Positions 9,850 through 18,497 of a stretch of 64,000 bases of DNA are shown here, piece after piece. The position numbers and the translations under genes are program-made. The notes beneath the pieces are model-generated. The model saw only the letters and a program-made list of their open reading frames with translations, was not told where the DNA came from and made no database searches. The stretch comes from Labilithrix sp. (GTDB lineage Bacteria; Myxococcota_A; Polyangia; Polyangiales; Polyangiaceae): assembly GCA_046351255.1 (NCBI GenBank), contig JAXLYU010000014.1, positions 123,730 to 187,729 of the forward strand. Direction: 5' to 3'. Every line of letters begins with the position of its first letter. Within the stretch, counting starts at the first letter, position 1.

Positions 9850-10450
9850 GGTCCTTCTCCTTGTTGGCTCGCTTCGCTTCGAGCGTGGTGACGAGTGCTT
9901 CCATGGCCCAGGCCGCGGAGCGCGCGGCTCCGTCGGCGTCGAGGCCCCAGGTGTCGCGGAGCCAGCGCCAGCTCGCGGGGGTGACGAGCAGGTAGACCGC
10001 GCCGAGCCACTCGCGGAGGTCGCGCTCGCGGGCGACGCCCTTCCACGTGGGCAGGACGACGGCCGCGCGGTCGACGCTCTGCGCCCGCCGGACACGCTCG
10101 TAGCTCGGGGAGTCCATCACGCGCCGGAGCACCTCGGCGCTCGCTTCGTAGCGGCGGTAGTTGTCACGCACCGCGGCCGGCAGCTTCGACGGAGGAATGC
10201 TCCCGAGCGCGTCGTGCTCCATCCCGATGCGACCACGCACGTGTTGCAACAGGCCGGCCATGAGCGCGTCCTGGTCGGGGAAGTGGCTGTACGCCGTGGG
10301 CTTGGTCACCCCCGCACGCCGCGCGACGGCGGGGAGCGTGACCTCTTCCACCGGGCCTTCGACGAGGAGCGCCTCGCACGCCTCCAGCAGCGCGAGCCGG
10401 GTCTTCGCGGCGCGCTGGTCGCGCACGGGGCTCTCGTAACGCCGATTCAT
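9785..10450 (-). CDS. TetR family transcriptional regulator
   Basis: N-terminal HTH: TRLALLEACEALLVEGPVEEVTLPAVARRAGVTKPTAYSHFPDQDAL (TetR_N signature); 3' end overlaps the downstream VOC gene by about 65 nt. Confidence 0.8.
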   Translation of the reverse strand: MNRRYESPVRDQRAAKTRLALLEACEALLVEGPVEEVTLPAVARRAGVTKPTAYSHFPDQDALMAGLLQHVRGRIGMEHDALGSIPPSKLPAAVRDNYRRYEASAEVLRRVMDSPSYERVRRAQSVDRAAVVLPTWKGVARERDLREWLGAVYLLVTPASWRWLRDTWGLDADGAARSAAWAMEALVTTLEAKRANKEKDHEDSSRHDPGPRPRARRARPR

Positions 10451-10470
10451 GCCATCCAGTATTGGGCTTA

Positions 10471-10509
10471 CCGTAGTAAAGTCAAAATGTATTTACCGGA
10501 GTAAAGTCA
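10471..10509. promoter_or_regulatory. AT-rich direct repeat pair CCGnAGTAAAGTCA x2, 25 bp apart, in the TetR/EEP divergent promoter
   Basis: ccgtaGTAAAGTCAaaatgtatttaccggaGTAAAGTCA read directly; this is the only AT-rich island in the region and sits between divergently transcribed genes. Confidence 0.35.
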
Positions 10510-10563
10510 TTGGGTCTGCGGTCCTGGCTGGTTTCGCTTCTCGCGGCCGGCGGCCTCGGTTAA

Positions 10564-11619
10564 GTGGCGCCCATGACGTGGGATCCGACCGGGGCCTTGC
10601 CGGACGAGGAGGTGCTCGTCGCGACGTACAACGTCGAAGCGCTCTTCGATACGGAGAAGGATCACGAGAAGCAGGACCACGACTACCTGCCGACGGGCTT
10701 CTACGCGTGGGACGAGGCGAAGCTCACGCGCAAGCTCGAGAACCTCGGGCGGGTCATCCGCGCGATGAACGCGGGACGGGGGCCCGACGTCCTCGCGTTG
10801 AACGAGGTGGAGAACCTCGGCATCGTGACTCGTCTCCGCGACGAGGTGCTCGGCGATCTCGGCTACGACACCATCGTTCACCTCGATACGGAGTGCATCT
10901 ACGGGCTCGACAACGCGATCCTCTCACGCTTCCCGCTGGTCGCGCCGGCGCGGCTGCACTCGGTGAATCACTTCCGGACCGAGGCCGCGCGCCGCGCGCG
11001 CGACATCCTCGAGGCGACGTTCGACGTGCACGGCGTGCCGCTCACCGTGTTCGTCAATCACTGGCCGGCGGGCGAGGGTCGCACCGCTGCGCAGCGCCTC
11101 GATATCGGGCGCCAGCTGCGCGCGCAGGTGGAGCGAAAGCTCGAAGCGGAGCCTTACGGCGCGGTCATGGTGATGGGGGACTTCAACGCCACGCGCGACG
11201 AGGACTCGTTTGGACGGCGAGGCCTCCATGCCTCGTCCGATGCGGAGCGCGTGATCGATCAGGACGCGAGCGTGATCCTCTACGACACGCGCGCGCCGGA
11301 CTCCGGCGATGAAGCGGCGACGCACTTCACGCGGCCATGGCCGTACACGGGTCCGGACGGGGACTGGAAGGCGATCGATCACATCTTCGTGACCGCGGGG
11401 CTCCTCGACGACTCCCGCTCCGAGCGCCAGCTCACCTGGGTCGAAGGCTCGACGGTCGTGTTTCGGCCGCCGTTTCTCCTCGCAGAGGACGGGACGCCGC
11501 GCACGTTCTTCGAGCGTGGCGTGAAGCCGCGCGAGCAGGAGCTCGATCGCGTCGGCTTCAGCGACCACTTGCCGATCGTCACGCGTCTTCGTCGCGTCAC
11601 TCCGACGCGTACGTCGTGA
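10564..11619 (+). CDS. Endonuclease/exonuclease/phosphatase (EEP) family protein
   Basis: VATYNVEALFD...VLALNEVEN...FVNHWPAG...MVMGDFNATRDED...IDHIFVT are motifs of the EEP (DNase I-like) fold. Confidence 0.7.
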   Translation: MAPMTWDPTGALPDEEVLVATYNVEALFDTEKDHEKQDHDYLPTGFYAWDEAKLTRKLENLGRVIRAMNAGRGPDVLALNEVENLGIVTRLRDEVLGDLGYDTIVHLDTECIYGLDNAILSRFPLVAPARLHSVNHFRTEAARRARDILEATFDVHGVPLTVFVNHWPAGEGRTAAQRLDIGRQLRAQVERKLEAEPYGAVMVMGDFNATRDEDSFGRRGLHASSDAERVIDQDASVILYDTRAPDSGDEAATHFTRPWPYTGPDGDWKAIDHIFVTAGLLDDSRSERQLTWVEGSTVVFRPPFLLAEDGTPRTFFERGVKPREQELDRVGFSDHLPIVTRLRRVTPTRTS

Positions 11620-12451
11620 ACGCCCAGAGCTGATCGTGCTCGTCGAGGACCGCGAAGCCGTCCTCGCCCCACGAGTCGGAGCCGCACGCCCAGTACCAGC
11701 GCTTCGCGATGCCCGGCCCCGAGAGGCTCGGCGCGAAGCTCGCAAGCTCCGCGTGCTGCCTGACGAACGCGTCGACCGCCTCGCGGCCCCACGCGCGCTG
11801 GCGGCACGACGGCGACACGCCGGCGAGCGCCTTGATCTGCGTGACCGAGGCCTCCCCCTCGAGCACGACCGGCGCCACGAAGCGCGCGCCGTCCGCGCCC
11901 TTCATCGCCTGGTCCCACGCCTTCACGAGCGCCGGGAGGTCGACGCCGGTGGCGGGCCTTGCCGTGGCGACCGCCTTGTCGCGCTGCGCGAGCGCGCACG
12001 CGCGGCCGATCATCGGCGCGTCCGCCTGATCGCACGCGACCTTGCCGGATGCGAGCAGGGCGCTCGGGATCTGCGTCCTCGCCCACGCGTCGAAGGTCGA
12101 CGGCAGCTCGCCGACCGCGAGCTCGGTCTTCTCCGACCAGCGAAAGAGCGCGTCGAGCGTCTCGCCCATCTCGTGATCGACGTGCGCGTAGATCGCGCCC
12201 GGCACGTGCTCGTCGTACGAGACGAAGTCACCGGCGCCGGACCTCGTGACCGTCTGGACGGTCGGGTGCGCCGCGGCGAGCACGGCGAGCGACGCGCGGA
12301 AGCGCGCGGACGACGCGTCGGCGAGCTCGGGGGCCCCGAGCTCGCCGAGCTGGCGCACGGTCACGAGATCGGAGGTCGTCGACGCGGTGTCGTCGGAGGC
12401 GGACGCGGAGCACGCCGCGAGCGCGAGGAGGGCGAAGGAAAAGGCTCTCAT
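11597..12451 (-). CDS. Secreted hypothetical protein
   Basis: Signal peptide MRAFSFALLALAACSASA; 284 aa; conserved Cys pairs; no recognised domain. Confidence 0.5.
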   Translation of the reverse strand: MRAFSFALLALAACSASASDDTASTTSDLVTVRQLGELGAPELADASSARFRASLAVLAAAHPTVQTVTRSGAGDFVSYDEHVPGAIYAHVDHEMGETLDALFRWSEKTELAVGELPSTFDAWARTQIPSALLASGKVACDQADAPMIGRACALAQRDKAVATARPATGVDLPALVKAWDQAMKGADGARFVAPVVLEGEASVTQIKALAGVSPSCRQRAWGREAVDAFVRQHAELASFAPSLSGPGIAKRWYWACGSDSWGEDGFAVLDEHDQLWAFTTYASE

Positions 12452-12581
12452 GCCGGCCGTCTATCACCGGCTCCGCGCTGCACCAGTCGATGGCGGTCGA
12501 TTTCACGAGTCGGACGCAGTCACGAAACCGGTCGAGGCCATCGCGAAGCGGGCAGGGAAGATCTCGCAGCGCGCGGCCGTA

Positions 12582-14327
12582 TCAGTCGACCACGATCTTG
12601 CCGTAGGGCCCGACCGCATACCCGCCGGTGGTCCGCCACGCGCCATGAACGAACGTCTCGCGCGGCGCGCCGCACTCCGGCGCCGCGTGCGCGACGGGGA
12701 TCGTCCACGGGCCGCCGTTGCTCATGTTGACGACCACCGTCCGGCAGCGCGCCGGGCCCGTGTCCGCGCGATTCACCAGCGTGTAGCCGGTCATCGATCC
12801 ATAGAGGCTCGTGCTCACCACGACGCGCGTCTCGGGGGCGAGCGGGAACGATCTCCGAACCGCGAGGATGTTCTTCACGAACGAGAAGAGCGAGCCCGGA
12901 TCGTCCTTCATCGCCGCGAGGTTGTTCTCTCGATAGTTGTCGGGCGCCTGCATCACCGGCCAGGTGCCGCTCGGGAAGCCGACCGCGGGCGACGCGCCGT
13001 CCCACGGGAACGCGCGCACCGTGTCGACCTTGTCCTCGAGGATCGGCGGATTCGCGCGCGGGTTGGCCCGGACCACGTCACCCGCCATGCCGACCTCCTC
13101 GCCGTACAGCATCGACACGGGCTCTGGCGCGAGGAGCGCGAGGAAGTGCGCCATGCGGATCTTGTCGAGGTCGCCGCGGAAGACGGTCCAGAGGCGAGGC
13201 ACGTCGTGGTTGCCGGCGAACACGACGCGATGACCGCGACCGAGCCGATCCTGCGTGGCTTCGTAGCGCTGGAGCGCGCGCCGGACGGCGTCGGCGTGAT
13301 CGCCCCACGCGTCGAGGCCCTCGCGGATGGCGTACATGTACGGGAAGTCGAGCGCGAGATCGCTGGCGTCCGGGAGGTAGCTCTCGATCTCCTCCGTGCC
13401 GCTGTAGACCTCCGCGATGAAGGAGCTGCCCGCGCGATAGCTCCGCGCCGTGCGGAGGAGGTGGCGCAGGAGCTCGAGGTTGTGCGACGTCGAGGGCGGG
13501 ACGTTCGACGACGGGCCTTCCACGAGGTGCTTCGCCGCGTCGATGCGGTAACCGTCGACGCCGAGCGCCGACCACTTCTCGAAGAATCGGCGGATGTCGT
13601 CGAGGAGCGGCTCGTTGAACCGTTCCCGGTCGAAGTCCCAGTACGCGAGGTCCGGCATCTGCGGGCTGAACGTGGCGTAGTACGGCTCGTCGCGATCGCG
13701 GCTCGCGTCGAAGCCCCACGGGCGATGAAAGACGTCTGCCGACGTCGTGTGGTCCCAGTCCCAGGGCTTGTGCCAGCTCGAGTAGGGCGCCGTCGAGCCG
13801 GGCGACCTCGCGAAGTAGAAGTAGCGGCAGTAGGGGCTCGCGCTCGAGCCGCCCGCGCAGTCCTTGTGGCGCGCGCGCTGGAACCAGGCCGAGCTGTCGG
13901 CGATGTGGTTGAGCGGCGTGTCGATGAGGACCCGGAAGCCGCGCGCATGCGCCGCGTCGACCATCGCGCGGAAGTCCTCCTCGTGGCCGTAGCCCGGATC
14001 GAGCCCGAAGAGGTCCGTCGGCACGTAGCCCATGCCGCCCGTGCTCGGATGGACCGGCATCAAGAGGAGCGTGTCGACGCCGAGGTCCGCGAGGTAGTCG
14101 AGCTTCGCGACCACGCCCGCGAAGTCGCCCGTGCCGTCGCCCCACCACCAGCCGTCCCAGAACGAGCGAACGAGCACCTGGTAGATGACGCGCGAGGGCT
14201 CGGCGGAGAGCGGGCGGGTCGCGAGCGTCTCGGTGCTCGCCGCCGTCGTGCTCGCGGCCTCCTCCTCGGTGGGGGCGCACGCGGCCAGCGTGGCGGCAAA
14301 CAGGCCGAAAAAGACGCGTCGAAGCAC
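12582..14327 (-). CDS. Alpha-amylase family glycoside hydrolase (GH13) lipoprotein
   Basis: VIYQVLVRSFWDG...GDFAGVVAKLDYLADLGVDTLLLMPV (GH13 region I/beta2-3), GFRVLIDTPLNH (region II-like), GYRIDAAKH (catalytic Asp region); lipobox LAACA; GTG start. Confidence 0.8.
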   Translation of the reverse strand: MLRRVFFGLFAATLAACAPTEEEAASTTAASTETLATRPLSAEPSRVIYQVLVRSFWDGWWWGDGTGDFAGVVAKLDYLADLGVDTLLLMPVHPSTGGMGYVPTDLFGLDPGYGHEEDFRAMVDAAHARGFRVLIDTPLNHIADSSAWFQRARHKDCAGGSSASPYCRYFYFARSPGSTAPYSSWHKPWDWDHTTSADVFHRPWGFDASRDRDEPYYATFSPQMPDLAYWDFDRERFNEPLLDDIRRFFEKWSALGVDGYRIDAAKHLVEGPSSNVPPSTSHNLELLRHLLRTARSYRAGSSFIAEVYSGTEEIESYLPDASDLALDFPYMYAIREGLDAWGDHADAVRRALQRYEATQDRLGRGHRVVFAGNHDVPRLWTVFRGDLDKIRMAHFLALLAPEPVSMLYGEEVGMAGDVVRANPRANPPILEDKVDTVRAFPWDGASPAVGFPSGTWPVMQAPDNYRENNLAAMKDDPGSLFSFVKNILAVRRSFPLAPETRVVVSTSLYGSMTGYTLVNRADTGPARCRTVVVNMSNGGPWTIPVAHAAPECGAPRETFVHGAWRTTGGYAVGPYGKIVVD

Positions 14328-14457
14328 GAGCCGACACTAGTCGATGAGTGACGGATTGCCGACGGGAAAATCGGCCGGATTCGCAGGAGAAGAGAGATCG
14401 ATCGGCGGGTTGACGCGTCCTCGAGCCGACCCCTACTCGAACCGAATGGAGGTCATC

Positions 14458-14686
14458 ATGACGACGACGTACAAGCAGTTCACCGAGCCCATCTTCGACC
14501 GGCTTGCCGAGTACCGCGTGCAATTGATCGAGCATCCGCTCTCGATTGCCGGACGCGCCGGCAAGCTCTCTCCTCTACGGGCCCATCGCCCTCGTTCGCA
14601 TGGCGATCGGCCTGAACGAGGCCTGGGCCGAGACGCGCGCGATCCCGGATCTGCTCTGGGCGCGGCAGCTGACCCGAGCCGCCTGA
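14458..14686 (+). pseudogene. Small ORF MTTTYKQFTEPIFDRLAEYRVQLIEHPL... with a probable frameshift; protein-like C-terminus (...LYGPIALVRMAIGLNEAWAETRAIPDLLWARQLTRAA*) lies in the +1 frame
   Basis: GGAGG 6 nt upstream of the ATG; first about 35 codons are protein-like, then the frame degenerates into Arg-rich junk, while the adjacent frame gives a clean 45 aa segment ending in TGA; the shift lies near a CTCTCTCCTCT run. Confidence 0.3.
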
Positions 14687-14712
14687 CCCACCAGCAAGAG
14701 CGTCTCTCTCAC

Positions 14713-15225
14713 TCAGCGCTCTGCGGCCCACGCCTTCAAGTTGCCTTCGCCGACCATGCCGGGACGTCCGAGCCCGGACCTCCCGCATGGCTCGACGGCG
14801 ACGCGAACGCGTGTGCCAAGGGGCTTCGACTTCGGCTGCGGCGCGAAGAGGACGAGCGATCGTTCGGGCGATGCCCCGTCGCCGACAGCGATGTACGGCG
14901 GAGGTTGCGGCTTGCACGTCGCGCCGGGCGGACACGGCGCGGGCACGAACGCGTCGACGATCGTGCCGCTCGTCACGTACGGCTCGCGCATGCTTGCGGC
15001 GTCCGCGATCGTGCGCGCCGGCCACGGCGGCAACGTGGTCGCGACCTCGCTGCCAGGTCCGCAGCTCGCGGGCGTCGCCGGAGGCGGGGGCGCGAGCGAT
15101 GGCGCGGCGGAGGCGATCGTCGGCGCCGGCGTCGGCACGGGCGCCGGCGTCGGTGCGGGCGTCGGGGCGGGTGGCCGCTCCGCGCAGGCTGCGAGCGCGA
15201 CGGCGAGGGCGAGGCAGAGTCTCAT
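14713..15225 (-). CDS. Pro/Ala-rich lipoprotein, hypothetical
   Basis: MRLCLALAVALAACAERPPAPTPAPTPAPVPTPAP lipobox plus PAPT repeats; 170 aa. Confidence 0.5.
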   Translation of the reverse strand: MRLCLALAVALAACAERPPAPTPAPTPAPVPTPAPTIASAAPSLAPPPPATPASCGPGSEVATTLPPWPARTIADAASMREPYVTSGTIVDAFVPAPCPPGATCKPQPPPYIAVGDGASPERSLVLFAPQPKSKPLGTRVRVAVEPCGRSGLGRPGMVGEGNLKAWAAER

Positions 15226-15369
15226 CCACGCAGTATCCCCCCACCAGATCATTGGATCGCAAGCGGGGGTACGTGTGTGAGTGTGCGCTCAGGTAGTCAA
15301 ACGGACGAACCAGGGGATGATCGAATGGTTTCGCGCCATTGGATGGTGATCGGTTCGATCGGTGTGCGC

Positions 15370-15383
15370 GGCACCCGGCTTGC
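15370..15383 (+). promoter_or_regulatory. Candidate sigma54 (-24/-12) promoter GGCAC-N5-TTGC upstream of the 15401 gene
   Basis: cGGCACccggcTTGCg has exact GG-N10-GC spacing; ends about 18 nt before the ATG at 15401, so the leader would be very short; two sigma54 activators are encoded in the window. Confidence 0.3.
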
Positions 15384-15400
15384 GGAGAGTGTCCTACATC

Positions 15401-16195
15401 ATGAACAAGCCCGCCGCGCTCCTCTCCCTCCTCTCTCTCTCGATCCTCGGCTGCTTCGCGGTCGGGTGTGCGGATGCGGCGGGCGAAGACGTCGCGGACG
15501 CGACCCAGCACGCGGAGTCGAGCACGCTCGTCTACAAGCATGACGAGCCGGTGAAGTTCCAGCCGCTCGGCGGCCGCGAGACGGACACGCTCCTCCTCAA
15601 GCTGTTCAAGGACGGCTACCGCAAGACCTACGAGGAGTGCGACACGCAGCTCCCCGACGCGCGCATCATCCCCACGGTCGCCGGCAAGCTCCCGGGCTCG
15701 TTCACGGGTACGTACAAGCGCGAGGTGCTCTATGTCGTCAACGTCCTCGGCTGCGACGCGTCGCACGCGGAGGGCTACGGCACGACGCGCTTCGTCGTCG
15801 TCGATCCCTCGGTCACCACCGACGTGAAGATCGTCGCGAACGTCGAGCAGCAGGGGGCGGAGGCGTCGCTGAACCGCCTCGTCGACCTCGACCACGACGG
15901 CCAGAACGAGCTCGTCGTGACGGGCGGCTGGAGCGGTCAGGGCTACACGATGGAGACCCCGTCGCTCGTTCGCTTCGCCGGCAACAAGCTCGCGCCGGAC
16001 GCCGCCTTCGCCGCCTACGCGGAGAAGCTGTCGGCGACCAGCGAGGCCGAGTCGGCGTTCTTCACCGACTCGTGCGGCACCGGCAACGCCGACGCCAACA
16101 TCGTCTTCGCGAACGTCTACGGCTCGCTCTCCAACGGCAAGCTCGCGTTCACCGATCAGCGCGGCACGCTCACGTGCCCCGCCGAGCAGAAGTGA
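15401..16195 (+). CDS. Secreted hypothetical protein
   Basis: Signal peptide MNKPAALLSLLSLSILGCFAVGCADA; 264 aa; beta-rich. Confidence 0.55.
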   Translation: MNKPAALLSLLSLSILGCFAVGCADAAGEDVADATQHAESSTLVYKHDEPVKFQPLGGRETDTLLLKLFKDGYRKTYEECDTQLPDARIIPTVAGKLPGSFTGTYKREVLYVVNVLGCDASHAEGYGTTRFVVVDPSVTTDVKIVANVEQQGAEASLNRLVDLDHDGQNELVVTGGWSGQGYTMETPSLVRFAGNKLAPDAAFAAYAEKLSATSEAESAFFTDSCGTGNADANIVFANVYGSLSNGKLAFTDQRGTLTCPAEQK

Positions 16196-16207
16196 ACCGG
16201 CGGTAGC

Positions 16208-18331
16208 TCACCAGATGCGGACGCGCTTCTCCGGCGGGAGGAAGAGCGCGTCGCCCGGCTTCACGTCGAACGCCGCGTACCAGGCGTCGATGTTGCGAAC
16301 GATGCCGTTCGCCCGGTACATGCCCGGCGAGTGCGGGTCGGTCATGACCTGGTTCTTCAGCGCGTCGTCGCGGAAGAGCGAGCGCCAGACCTGCGCGTAG
16401 CCGAGGAAGAAGCGCTGATCGCCGGTGTAGCCCTCGATGAGGCCGTCCGGCTGGCCGCCGAGCGAGATCTGGTAGGCCTTGTACGCGACGTTCACGCCGC
16501 CGAGGTCACCGATGTTCTCGCCGAGCGTCAGCTTGCCGTTCACCTTCACGCCGGGCAGCGGCTCGTACGCCGAGTACTGCTCCGAGAGCGCGTCCGTGCG
16601 CTTCTTGAAGCTCGCGAGATCCTCGGGCGCCCACCAGTTGCGGAGCACGCCCTTCGCGTCGTACTTCGCGCCCTGATCGTCGAAGCCGTGGCCCATCTCG
16701 TGGCCGATGACGGCGCCGATGCCGCCGTAGTTCACGGCCGCGTCCGCGTTCGGATCGAAGAAGGGTGGCTGCAGGATCGCGGCCGGGAAGACGATCTCGT
16801 TGTAGAGCGGGTTGTAGTACGCGTTCACCGTCTGCGGCGTCATCGCCCACTCGTCGCGATCCGTCGGCTTGCCGAGCTTCGACAGCGCATATGCGTGGCC
16901 CCAGAGGCCCGCGCGGCGAACGTTGCCGAACGCGTCGCCCGGCTGGATGTCCATCGCCGAGTAGTCGCGCCACTTGTCCGGATACGCGATCTTCGGCCGG
17001 ACCGACGCGAGCTTCTCGAGCGCCGCCTTCTTCGTCGGCGCCGTCATCCAGTCGTTCGCCTCGATGCGCATGCCGTAGGCCTTGAGGACGTTGGCGACGA
17101 GCGCCTCCATCTGCTGCTTTGCCTCCGGCTTGAAGTGCTTCGCGACGTAGAGCTCGCCGACCGCCTCGCCGAGCACGCCGTTGGTGGCGCCGACCGCCTG
17201 CTTCCAGCGCTCGCCGCGCTCCGGCGCGCCGCCCACCGTCTTGCCGTAGAACTCGAAGATCTCGTTGTCGAGCGCCCGGGGGAGGACCGAGGCCGACTTC
17301 CGGAGGTAGTGGTACGTCTCGTACGCCTTCCAGGTGGCGAGGGGCGTCGACGCGAAGATCTCGGCCAGCGCCGGCATCGCATCGAGCTCGCGCACGATGA
17401 CGCGCTCCTGGCCCTTGAAGCCCGCCGCGTCCGCGTACGCACGCCACGGGAACTTCGGGATCTCCTTCTCGAGCTCGGCGAGCGTCTTCGGGTTGTACGT
17501 CTTGTCCGCGTCGCGGCGCTTCACGCGATCCCAGTGCGCCTCCGCGATCTTCGTCTCGAGCGCGAGGATCGCCTTGGCGTTGGCCTCGTCCTTCGTCGAC
17601 TGCGCCTTGCCCTTCTTCGCGTCGTGCGAGAAGGCGAGCACCTTCGCGATGTGCTGCTCGTACTTCGCGCGGATGTCCTTGAAGCGCGCGTCGTCCTTCA
17701 AATAGAAGTCGCGGTCGGGGAGGCTGAGCCCGCCCGCGCCGGCGCTGAGCACGTACTGGTTCGGGTCCTTCGCGTCGATCGAGATGCCGATGTTGATCGG
17801 ACACGCGAGCGGGATCCCCGGCGCAGCGATGAGCTTTGCGAGCTCCTTCGGCGTCTTCACCTTCTGGATCGCGCGGAGGTCGGCCTGCGCCGGCTTCATG
17901 CCCTTGCGGTCGATCGCGTCCTGATCGAGATACGCGGCGTAGAAGTCGCCGACCTTCTGTCCCGTGGAGCCCTTCGGGTTCTGCGCCTTCGCGGTCTCCT
18001 CGAGGATCGCGTGGACGTCGTCGCTCGACTGCTGCGCGAGCGCGTCGAACATGCCCCAGCGTGTCTTGTCGGACGGGATCTTGGTGTTCGCCGCCCACTT
18101 GCCCGACGCGTACTTGAAGAAGTCCGCGCCCGGCTTCGCCGTGATGTCCATGCCGTCGGTGTCGACGCCGAACGAGCCGAGCTTCGGCTTCGGGCCCGGC
18201 CGGACCTTCTCCGCCGGCTTCGGAGCCGCCACCTTGACCGCGGTGGTCTCGGTGGTGCTCGTCTGCGTGGTGTCGGCGCACGCGGCGAGGGTGGCGAGGA
18301 CGAGGGCGCCGAGGGCAAGCGAACGTTTCAT
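16208..18331 (-). CDS. M13 family zinc metallopeptidase (neprilysin/PepO-like) lipoprotein
   Basis: GAVIGHEMGHGFDDQG (HExxH zinc site), ENIGDLGG (ExxxD third zinc ligand region), NAYYNP, VNGKLTLGENI; lipobox LATLAACA; internal Met used as start. Confidence 0.85.
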   Translation of the reverse strand: MKRSLALGALVLATLAACADTTQTSTTETTAVKVAAPKPAEKVRPGPKPKLGSFGVDTDGMDITAKPGADFFKYASGKWAANTKIPSDKTRWGMFDALAQQSSDDVHAILEETAKAQNPKGSTGQKVGDFYAAYLDQDAIDRKGMKPAQADLRAIQKVKTPKELAKLIAAPGIPLACPINIGISIDAKDPNQYVLSAGAGGLSLPDRDFYLKDDARFKDIRAKYEQHIAKVLAFSHDAKKGKAQSTKDEANAKAILALETKIAEAHWDRVKRRDADKTYNPKTLAELEKEIPKFPWRAYADAAGFKGQERVIVRELDAMPALAEIFASTPLATWKAYETYHYLRKSASVLPRALDNEIFEFYGKTVGGAPERGERWKQAVGATNGVLGEAVGELYVAKHFKPEAKQQMEALVANVLKAYGMRIEANDWMTAPTKKAALEKLASVRPKIAYPDKWRDYSAMDIQPGDAFGNVRRAGLWGHAYALSKLGKPTDRDEWAMTPQTVNAYYNPLYNEIVFPAAILQPPFFDPNADAAVNYGGIGAVIGHEMGHGFDDQGAKYDAKGVLRNWWAPEDLASFKKRTDALSEQYSAYEPLPGVKVNGKLTLGENIGDLGGVNVAYKAYQISLGGQPDGLIEGYTGDQRFFLGYAQVWRSLFRDDALKNQVMTDPHSPGMYRANGIVRNIDAWYAAFDVKPGDALFLPPEKRVRIW

Positions 18332-18497
18332 TCCGCCGGCGGGGTAGCGCGCGATCGGCGATCTCGCCACTTGAACTTTCGGAACAGCGGCATATTCGTT
18401 TGGGAAACAACACCTCCCAAGCTCTGAAACCCGACGCGTTGCGCAACTTGCACCGGGACGCTCCCAGCGGTCGCTCCCTCTGGCCGCCGTCGTCGCG

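Noticed and set aside
12246-14535. Large ORFs 12246-14351(+), 12953-13948(-) and 13078-14535(-) overlapping the GH13 amylase gene
   Set aside because: Only the 12582-14327 minus frame yields GH13 conserved regions. The others are Arg-rich artefacts.
14480-15895. 471 aa minus-strand ORF spanning the two small genes at 14713-15225 and 15401-16195
   Set aside because: No signal or domain logic, Arg-rich. The lipoprotein and secreted-protein frames are far more protein-like.
16331-18446. ORFs 16331-18427(+) and 16506-18446(-) over the M13 peptidase gene
   Set aside because: Alternative frames of the peptidase gene. The HExxH/ENIGDLGG motifs appear only in 16208-18331(-).
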